NCBI RefSeq assembly: GCF_023055435.1
Contig: NW_025963813.1
Span: 20,770,001 to 20,834,000 of the forward strand
Source: Haliotis rufescens
Lineage: Eukaryota
Direction of reading: 5' to 3'
DNA: 64,000 nt
Shown here piece by piece: positions 24,741-38,698 of the stretch. Within the stretch, counting starts at the first letter, position 1, and the number at the start of each line of letters is the position of its first letter. The notes beneath the pieces are model-generated. The model was not told where the DNA came from. It did not search any database and saw nothing but the letters and a program-made list of their open reading frames with translations. A program made the translations under genes and the position numbers.

Positions 24741-26120
24741 GTGTACAACGCCATATACTTCTTGCACACGTTCCTTCAATCCCAGCAGTCTGGTGCCATG
24801 TAGCGCAGTGTATATGTTGGAGCGCACCCCGACAGGGACGCCCGTCCGGGGGACACCAGGTCCGGTGGACACGGTGTTCAAACCATATTCTAGGGGGACA
24901 TACTGTACCCATCACCAGAGACCATATAATAGACTTTTATATGGTCTCTGTCATCACAAAACAAAGTGTTGATAGATATGTAACGTTTTCAGTACACAAC
25001 TGGTGTGGAACCGTTCTATGGTCTTCGACACAGGTTACTGTGACTATTCAGTGTATGTTCTCAAACTAGAGACTATATACCAGACTAAAACATTTTTGAC
25101 AGCAAGCTATTGTTTGTAACTTTGATATATTGGTGGCATGTTCTATATAAACATACTCTATAGAGCTGCAGACATGGCAATACAACGTTATGCACATCAA
25201 GTAGTGGTTTACAACAAAGGTTTTCAGAGGAGCGACCGAGGAGTGACGTAAAATCAGTTTTGACCTTCAGAAAGATGTAATTATTAACTCGTTAGAAGTA
25301 TATGCCACAAGTTGGTCTCCCCGACTCCCAGAGAATAATTGAAAAAGGGATTTAACTCCCTCTGAAAACAAGTCTAGATTGCCCCAGATCAAGGACAGTC
25401 GTCATTGTCCTTTGCTCCATTTAGATTTAACATTTGAGTTTTTACAAATATATTTTTAAGTAAAGTAACTCGAATGTTTACTAAAGGCGTGATTTTCTAC
25501 AAGGTCATGAGTCCCAAAGACGGCATGTTCCTGAAGTGGGTTCACATATATCGGAGTGTCTCTGGAGTACGACTTGACCTGTTGAAGATGTGAACCCATG
25601 CCCGAGCTGTCTCGTGCACGTGCGTCCCCTGGGGCTCACACTTTGATGTTGTCGTCCTATTGTGTCGTCTCTACGGGCAACATTATATTGTGACTAACCA
25701 ACCACCAAAAGGTCTGCTTTATTGAGAAAGTATTTACGCTGTATACTGGGAGATAGTATCATCATTATTTGCTCGGCTGTCACAAGAAGGCACAGAAGTG
25801 CTGGCTAAGTGGCTAGTCCAGGACCTAACCTGTAATCTCGGACACTAGGAAGTGGGCGTGGCCCTTGCTCCAAATACCCGACACCCCTTTCCCCCTGACC
25901 AAGCAGCGACGACAAGGGGAGATAATACCAGGGTTCAGTTTGGGGGCGGGGCGGATGCTCAGATTTTGTGAAATACGCCGACACATGAATGAGTTGATTC
26001 TGAAGCTGATGAAGCTCCTAACAGTAACGGGTATGTTACGCCCATTTGAAGGCACACCTACATTAATCCAGATAAGTCAGTCATCAGGCAGAACAAAATG
26101 TACTGGGGGACATATTCTCA

Positions 26121-29100
26121 ACTGATTATGTCCGTCTGTAACTGCACCATCAAGAACTTCACGTGTTGACTGATTCTGTCCATCTGTAACTGCACCAGCC
26201 AGCTCTATACGTGTTGACTGATGCTGTCCATCTGTAACTGCACCAGCAAGCTCTATACGTGTTGACTAATTCTCCCCGTCTGTAACTGCACCAGCAAGCT
26301 CTATACGTGTTGACTGATTCTCCCCGTCTGTAACTGCACCAGCAAGCTCTATACGAGTTGACTGAGGCTGTCCATCTGTAACTGCACCAGCAAGCTCTAT
26401 ACGTGTTGACTAATTCTCCCCGTCTGTAACTGCACCAGCAAGCTCTATACGAGTTGACTGATTCTCCACGTCTGTAACTGCACCAGCAAGCTCTATACGA
26501 GTTGACTGATTCTGTCCGTCTGTAACTGCACCAGCAAGCTCTATACGTGTTGACTGATTCTGTCAGTCTGTAACTGCACCAGCAAGCTCTATACGTGTTG
26601 ACTAATTCTCCCCGTCTGTAACTGCACCAGCAAGCTCTATACGAGTTGACTGATGCTGTCCGTCTGTAACTGCACCAGCAAGCTCTATACGTGTTGACTA
26701 ATTCTCCCCGTCTGTAACTGCACCAGCAAACTCTATACGTGTTGACTGATTCTGTCCGTCTGTAACTGCACCAGCAAGCTCTATACGTGTTGACTGATTC
26801 TGTCAGTCTGTAACTGCACCAGCAAGCTCTATACGAGTTGACTGATTCTGTCCGTCTGTAACTGCACCAGCAAGCTCTATACGTGTTGACTGATTCTCCC
26901 CGTCTGTAACTGCACCAGCAAGCTCTATACGTGTTGACTGATTCTGTCCGTCTGTAACTGCACCAGCAAGCTCTATACGTGTTGACTGATTCTCCACGTC
27001 TGTAACTGCACCAGCAAGCTCTATACGAGTTGACTGATTCTGTCCGTCTGTAACTGCACCAGCAAGCTCTATACGTGTTGACTGATTCTGTCAGTCTGTA
27101 ACTGCACCAGCAAGCTCTATACGTGTTGACTGATTCTCCACGTCTGTAACTGCACCAGCAAGCTCTATACGAGTTGACTGATTCTGTCCGTCTGTAACTG
27201 CACCAGCAAGCTCTATACGTGTTGACTGATTCTGTCCGTCTGTAACTGCACCAGCAAGCTCTATACGTGTTGACTGATTCTGTCCGTCTGTAACTGCACC
27301 AGCAAGCTCTATACGAGTTGACTGATTCTGTCCGTCTGTAACTGCACCAGCAAGCTCTATACGTGTTGACTGATTCTGTCCGTCTGTAACTGCACCAGCA
27401 AGCTCTATACGTGTTGACTGATTCTCCCCGTCTGTAACTGCACCAGCAAGCTCTATACGAGTTGACTGATTCTGTCCGTCTGTAACTGCACCAGCAAGCT
27501 CTATACGTGTTGACTGATTCTGTCCGTCTGTAACTGCACCAGCAAGCTCTATACGAGTTGACTGATTCTGTCCGTCTGTAACTGCACCAGCAAGCTCTAT
27601 ACGTGTTGACTGATTCTGTCCGTCTGTAACTGCACCAGCAAGCTCTATACGAGTTGACTGATGCTGTCCGTCTGTAACTGCACCAGTAAGCTCTATACGA
27701 GTTGACTGATTCTGTCCGTCTGTAACTGCACCAGCAAGCTCTATACGTGTTGACTGATGCTGTCCATCTGTAACTGCACCAGCAAGCTCTATACGAGTTG
27801 ACTGATTCTGTCCGTCTGTAACTGCACCAGCAAGCTCTATACGTGTTGACTGATTCTGTCCGTCTGTAACTGCACCAGCAAGCTCTATACGAGTTGACTG
27901 ATGCTGTCCGTCTGTAACTGCACCAGTAAGCTCTATACGAGTTGACTGATTCTGTCCGTCTGTAACTGCACCAGCAAGCTCTATACGTGTTGACTGATTC
28001 TGTCCGTCTGTGACTGCAACAGCAAGCTCTATACGAGTTGACTGATGCTGTCCGTCTGTAACTGCACCAGCAAGCTCTATACGAGTTGACTGATGCTGTC
28101 CGTCTGTAACTGCACCAGTAAGCTCTATACGAGTTGACTGATTCTGTCCGTCTGTAACTGCACCAGTAAGCTCTATACGAGTTGACTGATTCTGTCCGTC
28201 TGTAACTGCACCAGCAAGCTCTATACGTGTTGACTGATTCTGTCCGTCTGTAACTGCACCAGCAAGCTCTATACGAGTTGACTGATGCTGTCCGTCTGTA
28301 ACTGCACCAGTAAGCTCTATACGAGTTGACTGATTCTGTCCGTCTGTAACTGCACCAGCAAGCTCTATACGTATTGACTGATTCTGTCCGTCTGTGACTG
28401 CAACAGCAAGCTCTATACGTGTTGACTGATTCGGTCCGTCTGTAACTGCACCAGCAAGCTCTATACGTGTTGACTGGTGCTATCCGTCTGTAGCACCAGC
28501 AAGCTCTATACGTGTTGACTGATGTTGTCCATCTGTAACTGCACCAGCAAGCTCTATACGTGTTGACTGATTCTGTCCGTCTGTAACTGCACCAGCAAGC
28601 TCTATACGAGTTGACTGATGCTGTCCGTCTGTAACTGCACCAGCAAGCTCTATACGTGTTGACTGATTCTGTCTGTTTTGTAACTACACCAGCAAGCTCT
28701 ATACGAGTTGACTGATGCTGTCCATCTGTAACTGCACCAGCAAGCTCTATACGAGTTGACTGATGCTGTCCGTATGTAACTGCACCAGCAAGCTCTATAC
28801 GAGTTGATTGATTCTGTCCGTCTGTAACTGCACCAGCAAGCTCTATACGTGTTGACTGATTCTGTCCGTCTGTGACTGCAACAGCAAGCTCTATACGAGT
28901 TGACTGATTCGGTCCGTCTGTAACTGCACCAGCAAGCTCTATACGTGTTGAGTGGTGCTATCCGTCTGTAGCACCAGCAAGCTCTATACGTGTTGACTGA
29001 TGTTGTCCATCTGTAACTGCACCAGCAAGCTCTATACGTGTTGACTGATTCTGTCCGTCTGTAACTGCACCAGCAAGCTCTATACGAGTTGACTGATGCT

Positions 29101-29318
29101 GTCCGTCTGTAACTGCACCAGCAAGCTCTATACGTGTTGACTGATTCTCCCCGTCTGTAACTGCACCAGAAAGCTCAATACGTGTTGACTGATTCTGTCC
29201 GTCTGTAACTGCACCAGCAAGCTCTATACGAGTTGACTGATTCTGTCCGTCTGTAACTGCACCAGCAAGCTCTATACGTGTTGACTGATTCTGTCCGTCT
29301 GTAACTGCACCAGCAAGC
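26121..29318. repeat. 48-bp minisatellite, about 66 copies, GTTGACTGATTCTGTCCGTCTGTAACTGCACCAGCAAGCTCTATACGT
   Basis: Highly homogeneous 48-bp period; produces a 16-aa repeat in the minus-strand ORFs. Confidence 0.97.
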
Positions 29319-32300
29319 AATGCTTTACGTGTCACTCGCGATGGCGTTTGGGCATTTACAATGTCAAACCGCGACATGACGAAATACGTTACAATTCCTC
29401 TCTGTCTTCTTGAAGAAGTATACGTGCCTACGTTCATACCGCCCTTTAGAATAAAGTAAAAGTCATCATGTCATCATTTAGCACGTGCCTCTGAACGGGG
29501 AATGACATGAATCTCGCGAGAACTTAGTGTGAGAGAATGCGGACTGTACGGATGTTGTACTACCAACATATCTGACATTTGTTTTAGAACACGATTAAGG
29601 ATTCATCTGCCCATTGTTTTGCATTAAGGTTATTTAATTCTCACATGTGAAAACCGAAACAGATGAAACAGATGAAACAAGGACAAGCCTTGCGCTGCGA
29701 AAGCATGACGTCCACACAGTTCCCACCCAAGGAACGCATGGTGTTGACATGACACACGTGGCTGTATGCAGTCTCTACTCTGGAGTGAGTTCATGCACAC
29801 AACGTGTATTCACAGACAGACATACACCTTACATACGTTCATTGGTGATGTCTGGATGTGGTGAAATGATTAAGTTCAAGATGCTTGTTATCTGCAATAT
29901 GTCTGGTTATTGTTGGAAGAACGGCAACTGCTGCACACTACAGTGTTCCCGGCCTTCTTCCCGGGTACGTCGTTCTTCAAATCATGCACTTACAACACCA
30001 TATCCATGGGGCCATCTCAAGAGTTGTATTGACACAATGATGATAATGATGATGTATGTAGTATGATAAGGCACGACCTACACGTGATTGTACTGATCCA
30101 GCTCGTGACCAGGCAGGTTGGAGCCCAGGCGGGGATGTTGAACATTCGGACAAACCATCATAAATCATTTATTTACAACATTTTCCATAATTCTGAGAAA
30201 TTATAGGTAACATCGTCCTAATTGAACAGTACTGACCTGGCATCCCCCAACATTCACGCACGACGGCACACAGTCAGAAGGATGCCACCGCCCATGTCAG
30301 CTCCATAACAAAAGAGAGAAGACAGGATTACCAGCGCATGCGCAACACTGCGGCTCGTAATAACAGTGTTGGGGGTCAAGGGTCGCGACACTGTCAAAGA
30401 CGTGGAACTCGTTAGTGTTTCCTTCAAGAAATCATTATCATTTCTCTTGAGACGTCAGCTTCAAGTGATCCATTGCAAATGGTTGCGCAAGCATGACAAG
30501 CGACACGTAAGACGTTGTGTAGTTTGAGAACCACATCAGGGAGAGAAAGAACACACTTATTGAACTATATCCCCGTCACGCGTGTAATGATGGCCCGGCA
30601 GTCGGTGACGGCACGAGCTGGGCTGGGATCAGACTCCCACAATAGATGCGTGGCACACTCAGTCACACAGCATTTGTTGCAATGATCTGGAATGCGAGAA
30701 CAACGCATATTACTATTTGAAACTGACATGAAATGAACTCAAGGTATTGACATCTCGTATTCTCGACAAAGGGTGATGGTAATCGGTGAACATGTATAAA
30801 TATATTGGAAACCGTAATTGGCCAAAATATGTACAGGCCTATATGTCATATGATGGTAAACAGGGTGTCTGTGTGGTTAAATATATGATGTACTCAGTGA
30901 CGGTATGTAAAATATACATCAGGAAATGTAGGAAGAAACAAACGTGCATTCACAGATATTCATATTTATCTGTGATGTACATTGAACAACCTGCAAATAT
31001 GTAATACAATCGATGAGCTCGATTAATAAGAAGAAGACCACCGTCATATACGGACAGCAAGGTCCATCAATCAAATAGCGAAATACATGTTTGAAGAAAC
31101 GTTTACTGTTATCTAGTAAAAACAGGTTAAAACAGACATAATTGTGTGTTTTTTGTTCAGCAAATTAGTATATGTATTCACGGTATTGTAAAAAGCGTTT
31201 AACATATGAAACAAAACAATTTTGAGGAAGTATTTGCTCATCATAAACAGTTGCCTTCAGTAAGATTTAATTTTTTGGGTTAAAATGAATCTAATTGTTG
31301 AAGTACCTAAACGAACCCTGGCTTACATTCTGTAATTTATCATCTCGCTGTCCAAAGTTTGGTTCATAAGACCTGTGGTGAATAACTTGGTTTTACCAAT
31401 AACTGTACATGTCGCAAATACTCGCCACTGTTCTAATCTGACCGTGTAGCACCGAGCACGTGACATCTCTACAAGACGTGTCAACTCTTGATCACAAAAC
31501 GGAAATATTCATCAAATAACTTAACTATTGAAAACGTTTCAAGAACACCCAGCATTCAAGTAGCATAACTCTTCCGGAACCGTACACACATTTGGCTACT
31601 GTTACCGTCATGTGACACCATCGTCCTTGTGTAACGCTCATGCGCGTCTTTTGTCACCATGTCATATTATCCCCACAACTAGTCAAAAGGCAGGTGTGGC
31701 AAAGATCATTTGCCAAAGATAACAGGCGTACAAATTGCGTTAAAGGTCCGGACTAAACCGCCATGGGAGGTAGTCATTACGTAACTAGCTCTTCAACTGG
31801 TCGTGGGAAAGGTGTGTGGCTTGAGCAATGCCTGCCCCGCTCCATACAGCACCACTGTAGCGAGTCCGAGACTGGTTTGTTTGTGTACCTGAGCAAATGA
31901 TCGCACTCGGGTCTCTACAAATTGAAACCAGTGTGGGTCAGTGCAACACAATGCCGCGCGAGATTGATAATCACGCCTTTGTGTTGCACGTGGTCGATTG
32001 CATTTGGCGCTGTAAACGGATTTCCTCGATTTCAGTTTGAGAAGTACACTCGTGGGAGGGGCAATATTCGTCATGGGTGGGGAGAAATGGGTAGGAGGTG
32101 CAGGGGTGGGTGGTTGAGTGGGGGTAGTGGTCTGTATCGGTACCCAAGAGGTTGAAAGGAGATGCACATGTGGATGGGGAGTAAAGATGATGTTAGGGGG
32201 ATAACGCGGCATGTGGTATATGCAGACAGAGAACATATACATCGTTATCGGGTCTCGCTATTAGGGGACATGGACGTGCTTTAGAGTTTGGTGATATAGT

Positions 32301-32559
32301 AATATGTCAAGGAATACGAGAATATGTTCACTGTGCCGCCTTAATAGAGCTGAAGATTGATATCATTTTCTGCTTTAAAGTCCATTCTTTTCTCAGTTTA
32401 GAATTAAGTATACACCATATGAATACCTTGTACATCCAAATATATATATACAATTTATAGAATATAAACAAATACATGACCATGTATTTGTACCCTACGC
32501 TAACTGTACAGAATGCATGTAAGATAAGTGTTTTTCTCATCGTATATACACACATCTGG

Positions 32560-32800
32560 TGTCTCCTTGGGCAAGTGACTTTGTTGGAAATGTACCTCTG
32601 TTCATCCAGCAGTGAATGGGTACCCGGTAGGATGAGAAGGCAACGTGGTTGTTAACCTTCTAGCGCCTGGCGGAGAGCTTTGGATGTATATTCCCCGGGG
32701 AGCTGAAAATGATTGTTGAGTGCACACTGATCCTTTGACAGGGTAATAAATGTCTAAACACTTAGAACATGCTTATGCATGGAGTACAGCGCCATATTAT
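32560..32800 (+). mobile_element. CORE-like SINE fragment with an L2-like tail
   Basis: TCCTTGGGCAAGTGACTT...CATCCAGCAGTGAATGGGTACC resembles conserved SINE central domains; TAAACACTTAGAAC...AGCGCCATAT resembles L2-type 3' ends. Recognised from memory only. Confidence 0.5.
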
Positions 32801-33280
32801 TGGACTGATATTATATTTTTTATGCATTGTTCTATAAGTCCGCCTCCTCCTAAGTACAGAAATAAAACAGTTGATATTGGATAATCGGGTGTGGCATGGT
32901 GTTATGGATGCAGGGGAAGCTTCCTCGGCTCCAAGATACCCTTCACTTACAACTGAAATATATCGTCATTTTCATTATGCATTGTTTTGGCTGGTCGTAG
33001 AAAGATAGACAGATCGATGCAGTAGATCGCATTATGAACTCAGTGCGAGGTCTGGTCTTATACTTCCAAGATGGACAAACAACATGTTTCATCGCATACG
33101 TTTCTTAATTATTACGTTCTTAAATTCAGAACTTGTAAAAACGTTTTGTGATTAAGACAGTCTGATAGTTTGCATAAACTGTACTAGCAATGACGTATTG
33201 TCAGATAGACCAGGATATACACACACTGTAAATAAGTTTAGACGTATTACCATTGAAGCCGTGATATACACACTCCACAG

Positions 33281-34132
33281 CCAGTCCTGACGTACTACCA
33301 GAGAGACCAAGATATGCACACCTTGTAACTCTCCGACCAGTCATGACGTACTACCAGAAAGACCAAGATATGCACACCCTGTAACTCTCCGACCAGTCAT
33401 GACGTACAACCAGAGAGACCAAGATATGCACACCCTGTAACTCTCCGTCTAGTCATGACGTACTACCAGAAAGACCAAGATATGCACACCCTGTACCTCT
33501 CCGTCCAGTCATGACGTACTACCAGAAAGACCAAGATATGCACACCCTCTAACTCTCTGTCCAGTCATGACGTACTACCAGAAAGACCAAGATATGCACA
33601 CCCTGTAACTCTCCGACCAGTCATGACGTACTACCAGAGAGACCAAGATATGCACACCCTGTAACTCTCCGTCCAGTCATGACGTACTACCAGAAAGACC
33701 AAGATATGCACACCCTGTAACTCTCCGACCAGTCATGACGTACTACCAGAGAGACCAAGATATGCACACCCTGTAACTCTCCGTCCAGTCATGACGTACT
33801 ACCAGAAAGACCAAGATATGCACACCTTGTACCTCTCCGTCCAGTCATGACGTACTACCAGAAAGACCAAGATATGCACACCTTGTACCTCTCCGTCCAG
33901 TCATGACGTACTACCAGAAAGACCAAGATATGCACACCCTGTAACTCTCCGTCCAGTCATGACGTACTACCAGAAAGACGAAGATATGCACACCTTGTAC
34001 CTCTCCGTCCAGTCATGACGTACTACCAGAAAGACTAAGATATGCACACCTTGTACCTCTCCGTCCAGTCATGACGTACTACCAGAAAGACCAAGATATG
34101 CACACCTTGTAACTCTCCGTCTAGTCATGACG
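33281..34132. repeat. 56-bp minisatellite, about 15 copies, CCAGTCATGACGTACTACCAGAAAGACCAAGATATGCACACCCTGTAACTCTCCGT
   Basis: CCAG at 33337 and 33393, continuing; a degenerate precursor unit starts at about 33190. Confidence 0.96.
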
Positions 34133-35291
34133 CACGAAAACAAGGTTGTTAAGTCAAGTGTAAATTGTTAGCAGGTATATGACATACATTTTATGTGAAA
34201 GGCCGTATACTGGTGACATCATTGGGTACTAACGGAATACTTCAGTTCAGCAAGTGTCGTCGTCTTGTACAGTTGCCCAGCTGCTGTGTGTACTCTCTGT
34301 GAATGATTAGTGACTGATTCCTACATAGCAACCTAGCCTACACCATATGATGCATAACAACTGTCACAATTAATATATGTTTACATGGTAACGAGTTGCA
34401 AGGTGCACTGTTTCTTCACTGTGTGCATCATGTGCAGCAGCGGTAAACCATTTTGCTGGAAGCTTCAACCAAGAAATCTCTACTTGCACCGGCCATGACT
34501 CTGTAAACCAGACATCCAATTCCATTCGACCCCCCCCCCCCCCCCCCCCAATTTTTAATCCGTGGAAAAATACGTCCTGCCACGTCTCATCAAACTTGTG
34601 CAATTTGGAGCAAATGGTCACACAATTAGCCTGCACGTTATAGCAACAGTTCAGCCTGACCGGACATGCACAACAGACTGACCATTCACTGGACAGTGAC
34701 GTAAGGTGTGACGGGAAACATGTCCTCCGGCTACTGTGCCCGGAACTGCAGTTTACCAACTGGATGAAACCCAACATGGCCTCTCAATGAGACTACTGCC
34801 GGACATTGTTCATACTATTGATTGGATGTCATCACACAACGTTTAATGAGTTCAGTAACCTTCTTCCACGTGTGTGAATGGGAAAGTGGGCACTCAAAGA
34901 AAATTGGATTTGTAATAGGCTTTTGTTAGATTGCAGCTAAAGATAACAGGCTTCGCGGGCCACACTACGCGTGTTTTCAGAGGGAAGTTTGAATGGATAC
35001 ACAGGCAGCCATTCCGTGATAGGCCAAGTTCCGCATAAGCAACATTTACCATGAACACATGAATCTCTGTTGTTCTCGCAGATTTACCGCCAAATACGCC
35101 AAACCTTCCAAATACGCCAAACCTTCCCAATACGACCATATCCATACTTACGTAAGCGACGCATCAGTTTTATAGTGTGTTTTTTCACATTGCACATGCA
35201 TGCGCAGTTAATATTGCATTGTCCTCTTCTAGTCCCTCAGTGCACACGAAACTTATCTGAGAAGGAGTCGTAGGTTTCGTTGTAATTAAAC

Positions 35292-35534
35292 ACACCTCAG
35301 AAGTGAAATTCCAGGTTAGAATTGGTCTTCATCAACTACTAACGGGATCGGATGGACTGGCTCGCTTATTTGGTTGAAGCATATCATCCTATCATCCTAT
35401 CCCAATTGCGTAGATCAATGTTCATGAAGTGAATCACTGGATCGTCTGGACCAGATTCTCTTATTTACAGTCCGCCGTGAAAATTGTAATATTGCAGAGT
35501 ATGGAGTTAAACAACAAACAAACACCTCAAAAGT
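35292..35534 (+). mobile_element. SINE-like family A, diverged, internally deleted copy with target-site duplication
   Basis: GGTTAGAATTGGTCTTCA...CTAACGGGATCGG...CCCAATTGCGTAGATC...GTTAAACAACAAAC; flanked by ACACCTCA(G/A)AAGT at 35292-35304 and 35522-35534. Confidence 0.8.
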
Positions 35535-35557
35535 CATGAAGCGAAATGCGGACACAT

Positions 35558-38371
35558 AGTAGACGCTGGTTCTAACGGTGGAGAAGGAACGCTAGAGGTG
35601 ACGATGTAGACAGAGTGCTGGTTGTGACGGTGTAGACGGAACGCTAGAGGTGACGGTGTAGAAGGAACGCTGGAGGTGACGGCGTAGACGGAGTGTTGGT
35701 TGTGACGATGTAGACGGGACGCTAGAGGTGACGGCGTAGAAGGAACGCTAAAGGTAACGGCGTAGATGGAGTGTTGGTTGTGACGATGTAGACGGAACGC
35801 TAGAGGTGACGATGTAGACGGAACGCTGGAGGTGACGGTGTAGAAGGAACGCTAAAGGTGACGGCGTAGATGGAGTGTTGGTTGTAACGATGTAGACGGA
35901 ACGCTAGAGGTGACGGTGTAGAAGGAACGCTAAAGGTGACGGCGTAGATGGAGTGTTGGTTGTGACGATGTAGACGGAACGCTGAAGGTGATGGCGTAGA
36001 AGGAACGCTGGAGGTGACGGCGTAGACGGAGTGTTGGTTGTGACGGTGTAGACGGAACGCAAGAGGGGACGATGTAGACGGAACGCTAGAGGTGACGATG
36101 TAGACGGAACGCTGGAGGTGACGGTGTAGAAGGAACGCTAAAGGTGACGGCGTAGATGGAGTGTTGGTTGTAACGATGTAGACGGAACGCTAGAGGTGAC
36201 GGTGTAGAAGGAACGCTAAAGGTGACGGCGTAGATGGAGTGTTGGTTGTGACGATGTAGACGGAACGCTGAAGGTGATGGCGTAGAAGGAACGCTGGAGG
36301 TGACGGCGTAGACGGAGTGTTGGTTGTGACGATGTAGACGGGACGCTAGAGGTGACGGTGTAGAAGGAACGCTGGAGGTGACGGCGTAGAAGGAACGCTG
36401 GAGGTGACGGCGTAGACGGAGTGTTGGTTGTGACGATGTAGATGGAACGCTGGAGGTGACGGTGAAGATGGAGTGTAGGTTGTGACGATATAGACGGAAC
36501 GCTGGAGGTGACGGTGTAGAAGGAACGCTGGAGGTGACGGCGTAGAAGGAGTGTTGGTTGTGACGATGTAGACGAGACGCTAGAGGTGACGGTGTAGAAG
36601 GAACGCTAAAGGTGACGGCGTAGATGGAGTGTTGGTTGTGACGATGTAGACGGAACGCTGGAGGTGCGGGCGTAGACGGAGTGTTGGTTGTGACGATGTA
36701 GACGGAACGCTGGAGGTGACGGTGTAGAAGGAACGCTGGAGGTGACGGCGTAGAAGGAGTGTTGGTTGTGACGATGTAGACGGGACGCTAGAGGTGACGG
36801 TGTAGAACGAACGCTAAACGTGACGGCGTAGAGGGAGTGTTGGTTGTGACGATGTAGACGGAACGCTGGAGGTGACGGCGTAGAAGGAACGCTAAAGGTA
36901 ACGGCGTAGATGGAGTGTTGGTTGTGACGGTGTAGACGGAACGCTAGAGGGGACGATGTGGACGGAACGATAGAGGTGACGATGTAGACGAAACGCTGGA
37001 GGTGACGTTGTAGAAGGAACGCTAAAGGTGACGGCGTAGATGGAGTGTTGGTTGTGACGATGTAGACGGAACGCTAGAGGTGACGGTGTAGAAGGAACGC
37101 TAAAGGTGACGGCGTAGATGGAGTGTTGGTTGTGACGATGTAGACGGAACGCTGAAGGTGATGGCGTAGAAGGAACGCTGGAGGTGACGGCGTAGACGGA
37201 GTGTTGGTTGTGACGATGTAGACGGAACGCTGAAGGTGATGGCGTAGAAGGAACGCTGGAGGTGACGGCGTAGATGGAGTGTTGGTTGTAACGATGTAGA
37301 CGGAACGCTGGAGGTGACGGCGTAGAAGGAGTGTTGGTTGTGACGATGCAGACGGGACGCTAGAGGTGACGGTGTAGAAGGAACGCTGGAGGTGACGGCG
37401 TAGAAGGAGTGTTGGTTGTGACGATGTAGACGGAACGCTGGAGGTGACGGTGTAGAAGGAACGCTGGAGGTGACGGCGTAGAAGGAGCGTTGGTTGTGAC
37501 GATGTAGACGGGACGCTAGAGGTGACGGTGTAGAAGGAACGCTGGAGGTGACGGCGTAGACGGAGTGTTGGTTGTGACGATGTAGATGGGACGCTAGAGG
37601 TGACGGTGTAGAAGGAACGCTGGAGGTGACGGCGTAGAAGGAGTGTTGGTTTTGACGATGTAGACGGAACGCTGGAGGTGACGGTGTAGAAGGAACGCTG
37701 GAGGTGACGGCGTTGAAGGAGTGTTGGTTGTGACGATGTAGACGGGACGCTAGAGGTGACGGTGTAGAAGGAACGCTAAAGGTGACGGCGTAGATGGAGT
37801 GTTGGTTGTGACGATGTAGACGGGACGCTAGAGGTGACGGTGTAGAAGGAACGCTAAAGGTGACGGCGTAGATGGAGTGTTGGTTGTGACGATGTAGACG
37901 GAACGCTGGAGGTGACGGCGTAGAAGGAACGCTGGAGGTGACGGCGTAGACGGAGTGTTGGTTCTGACGGTGTAGACGGAGTGTTGGTTATGACGGTGTA
38001 GACGGAACGCTAGGGGTGACGATGTAGACGGAGTGTTGGTTGTGACGGTGTAGAAGGAACGCAAGAGGTGACGGCGTAGAAGGAACGCTAGAGGTGACGA
38101 TGTAGACGGAGTGCTGGTTGTGATGGTGTAGACGGAACGCTAGAGGTGACGATGTAGACGGAGTGCTGGTTGTGACGGTGTAGAAGGAACGCTAGAGGTG
38201 ACGATGTAGACGGAGTGCTGGTTGTGATGGTGTAGAAGGAACGCTAGAGGTGACGATTTAGACGGAGTGCTGGTTGTGATGGTGTAGAAGGAACGCTAGA
38301 GGTGACGATGTAGACGGAGTGTTGGTTGTGACGGTGTAGAAGGAGCGCTAGAGGCGATGGCGTAGACGGAA
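35558..38371. repeat. 26-bp minisatellite, about 108 copies, two subunit types (GTGACGRYGTAGAMGGAACGCTRGAG and GTGACGGCGTAGAYGGAGTGTTGGTT)
   Basis: GTGACG every 26 bp; mostly AAB trimers, becoming AB dimers at the right end. Confidence 0.95.
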
Positions 38372-38611
38372 AGATGGCACAGTCGTTGAGAAGATAGATA
38401 ACAGAGTTTCACAAGTAATCAGTCGTGTGTTTGTTTGGTATGCATGCCAGACAGTGAGGCATGGCCGCGATAAACGCACCGCGTCGCGTCGCCCCATCCA
38501 AACGAAGGACAAACCCAGCGCCACTCTAAAGTTAAAAAAGACCTGGTTTTGTATTTTACATTGGTAATTATTTCTATTTACCTAACTCGTACTTGTCGTT
38601 GATAACAGTTT

Positions 38612-38698
38612 CATACAACTATTCAAACAACTATGCTTACAACTATATTCATACAACTATTCAAACAACTATGCTTACAACTATATTCATACAACTAT
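38612..38698. repeat. Short degenerate ACAACTAT-containing tandem repeat
   Basis: catacaactattcaaacaactatgcttacaactatatt, twice plus a partial copy. Confidence 0.8.
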
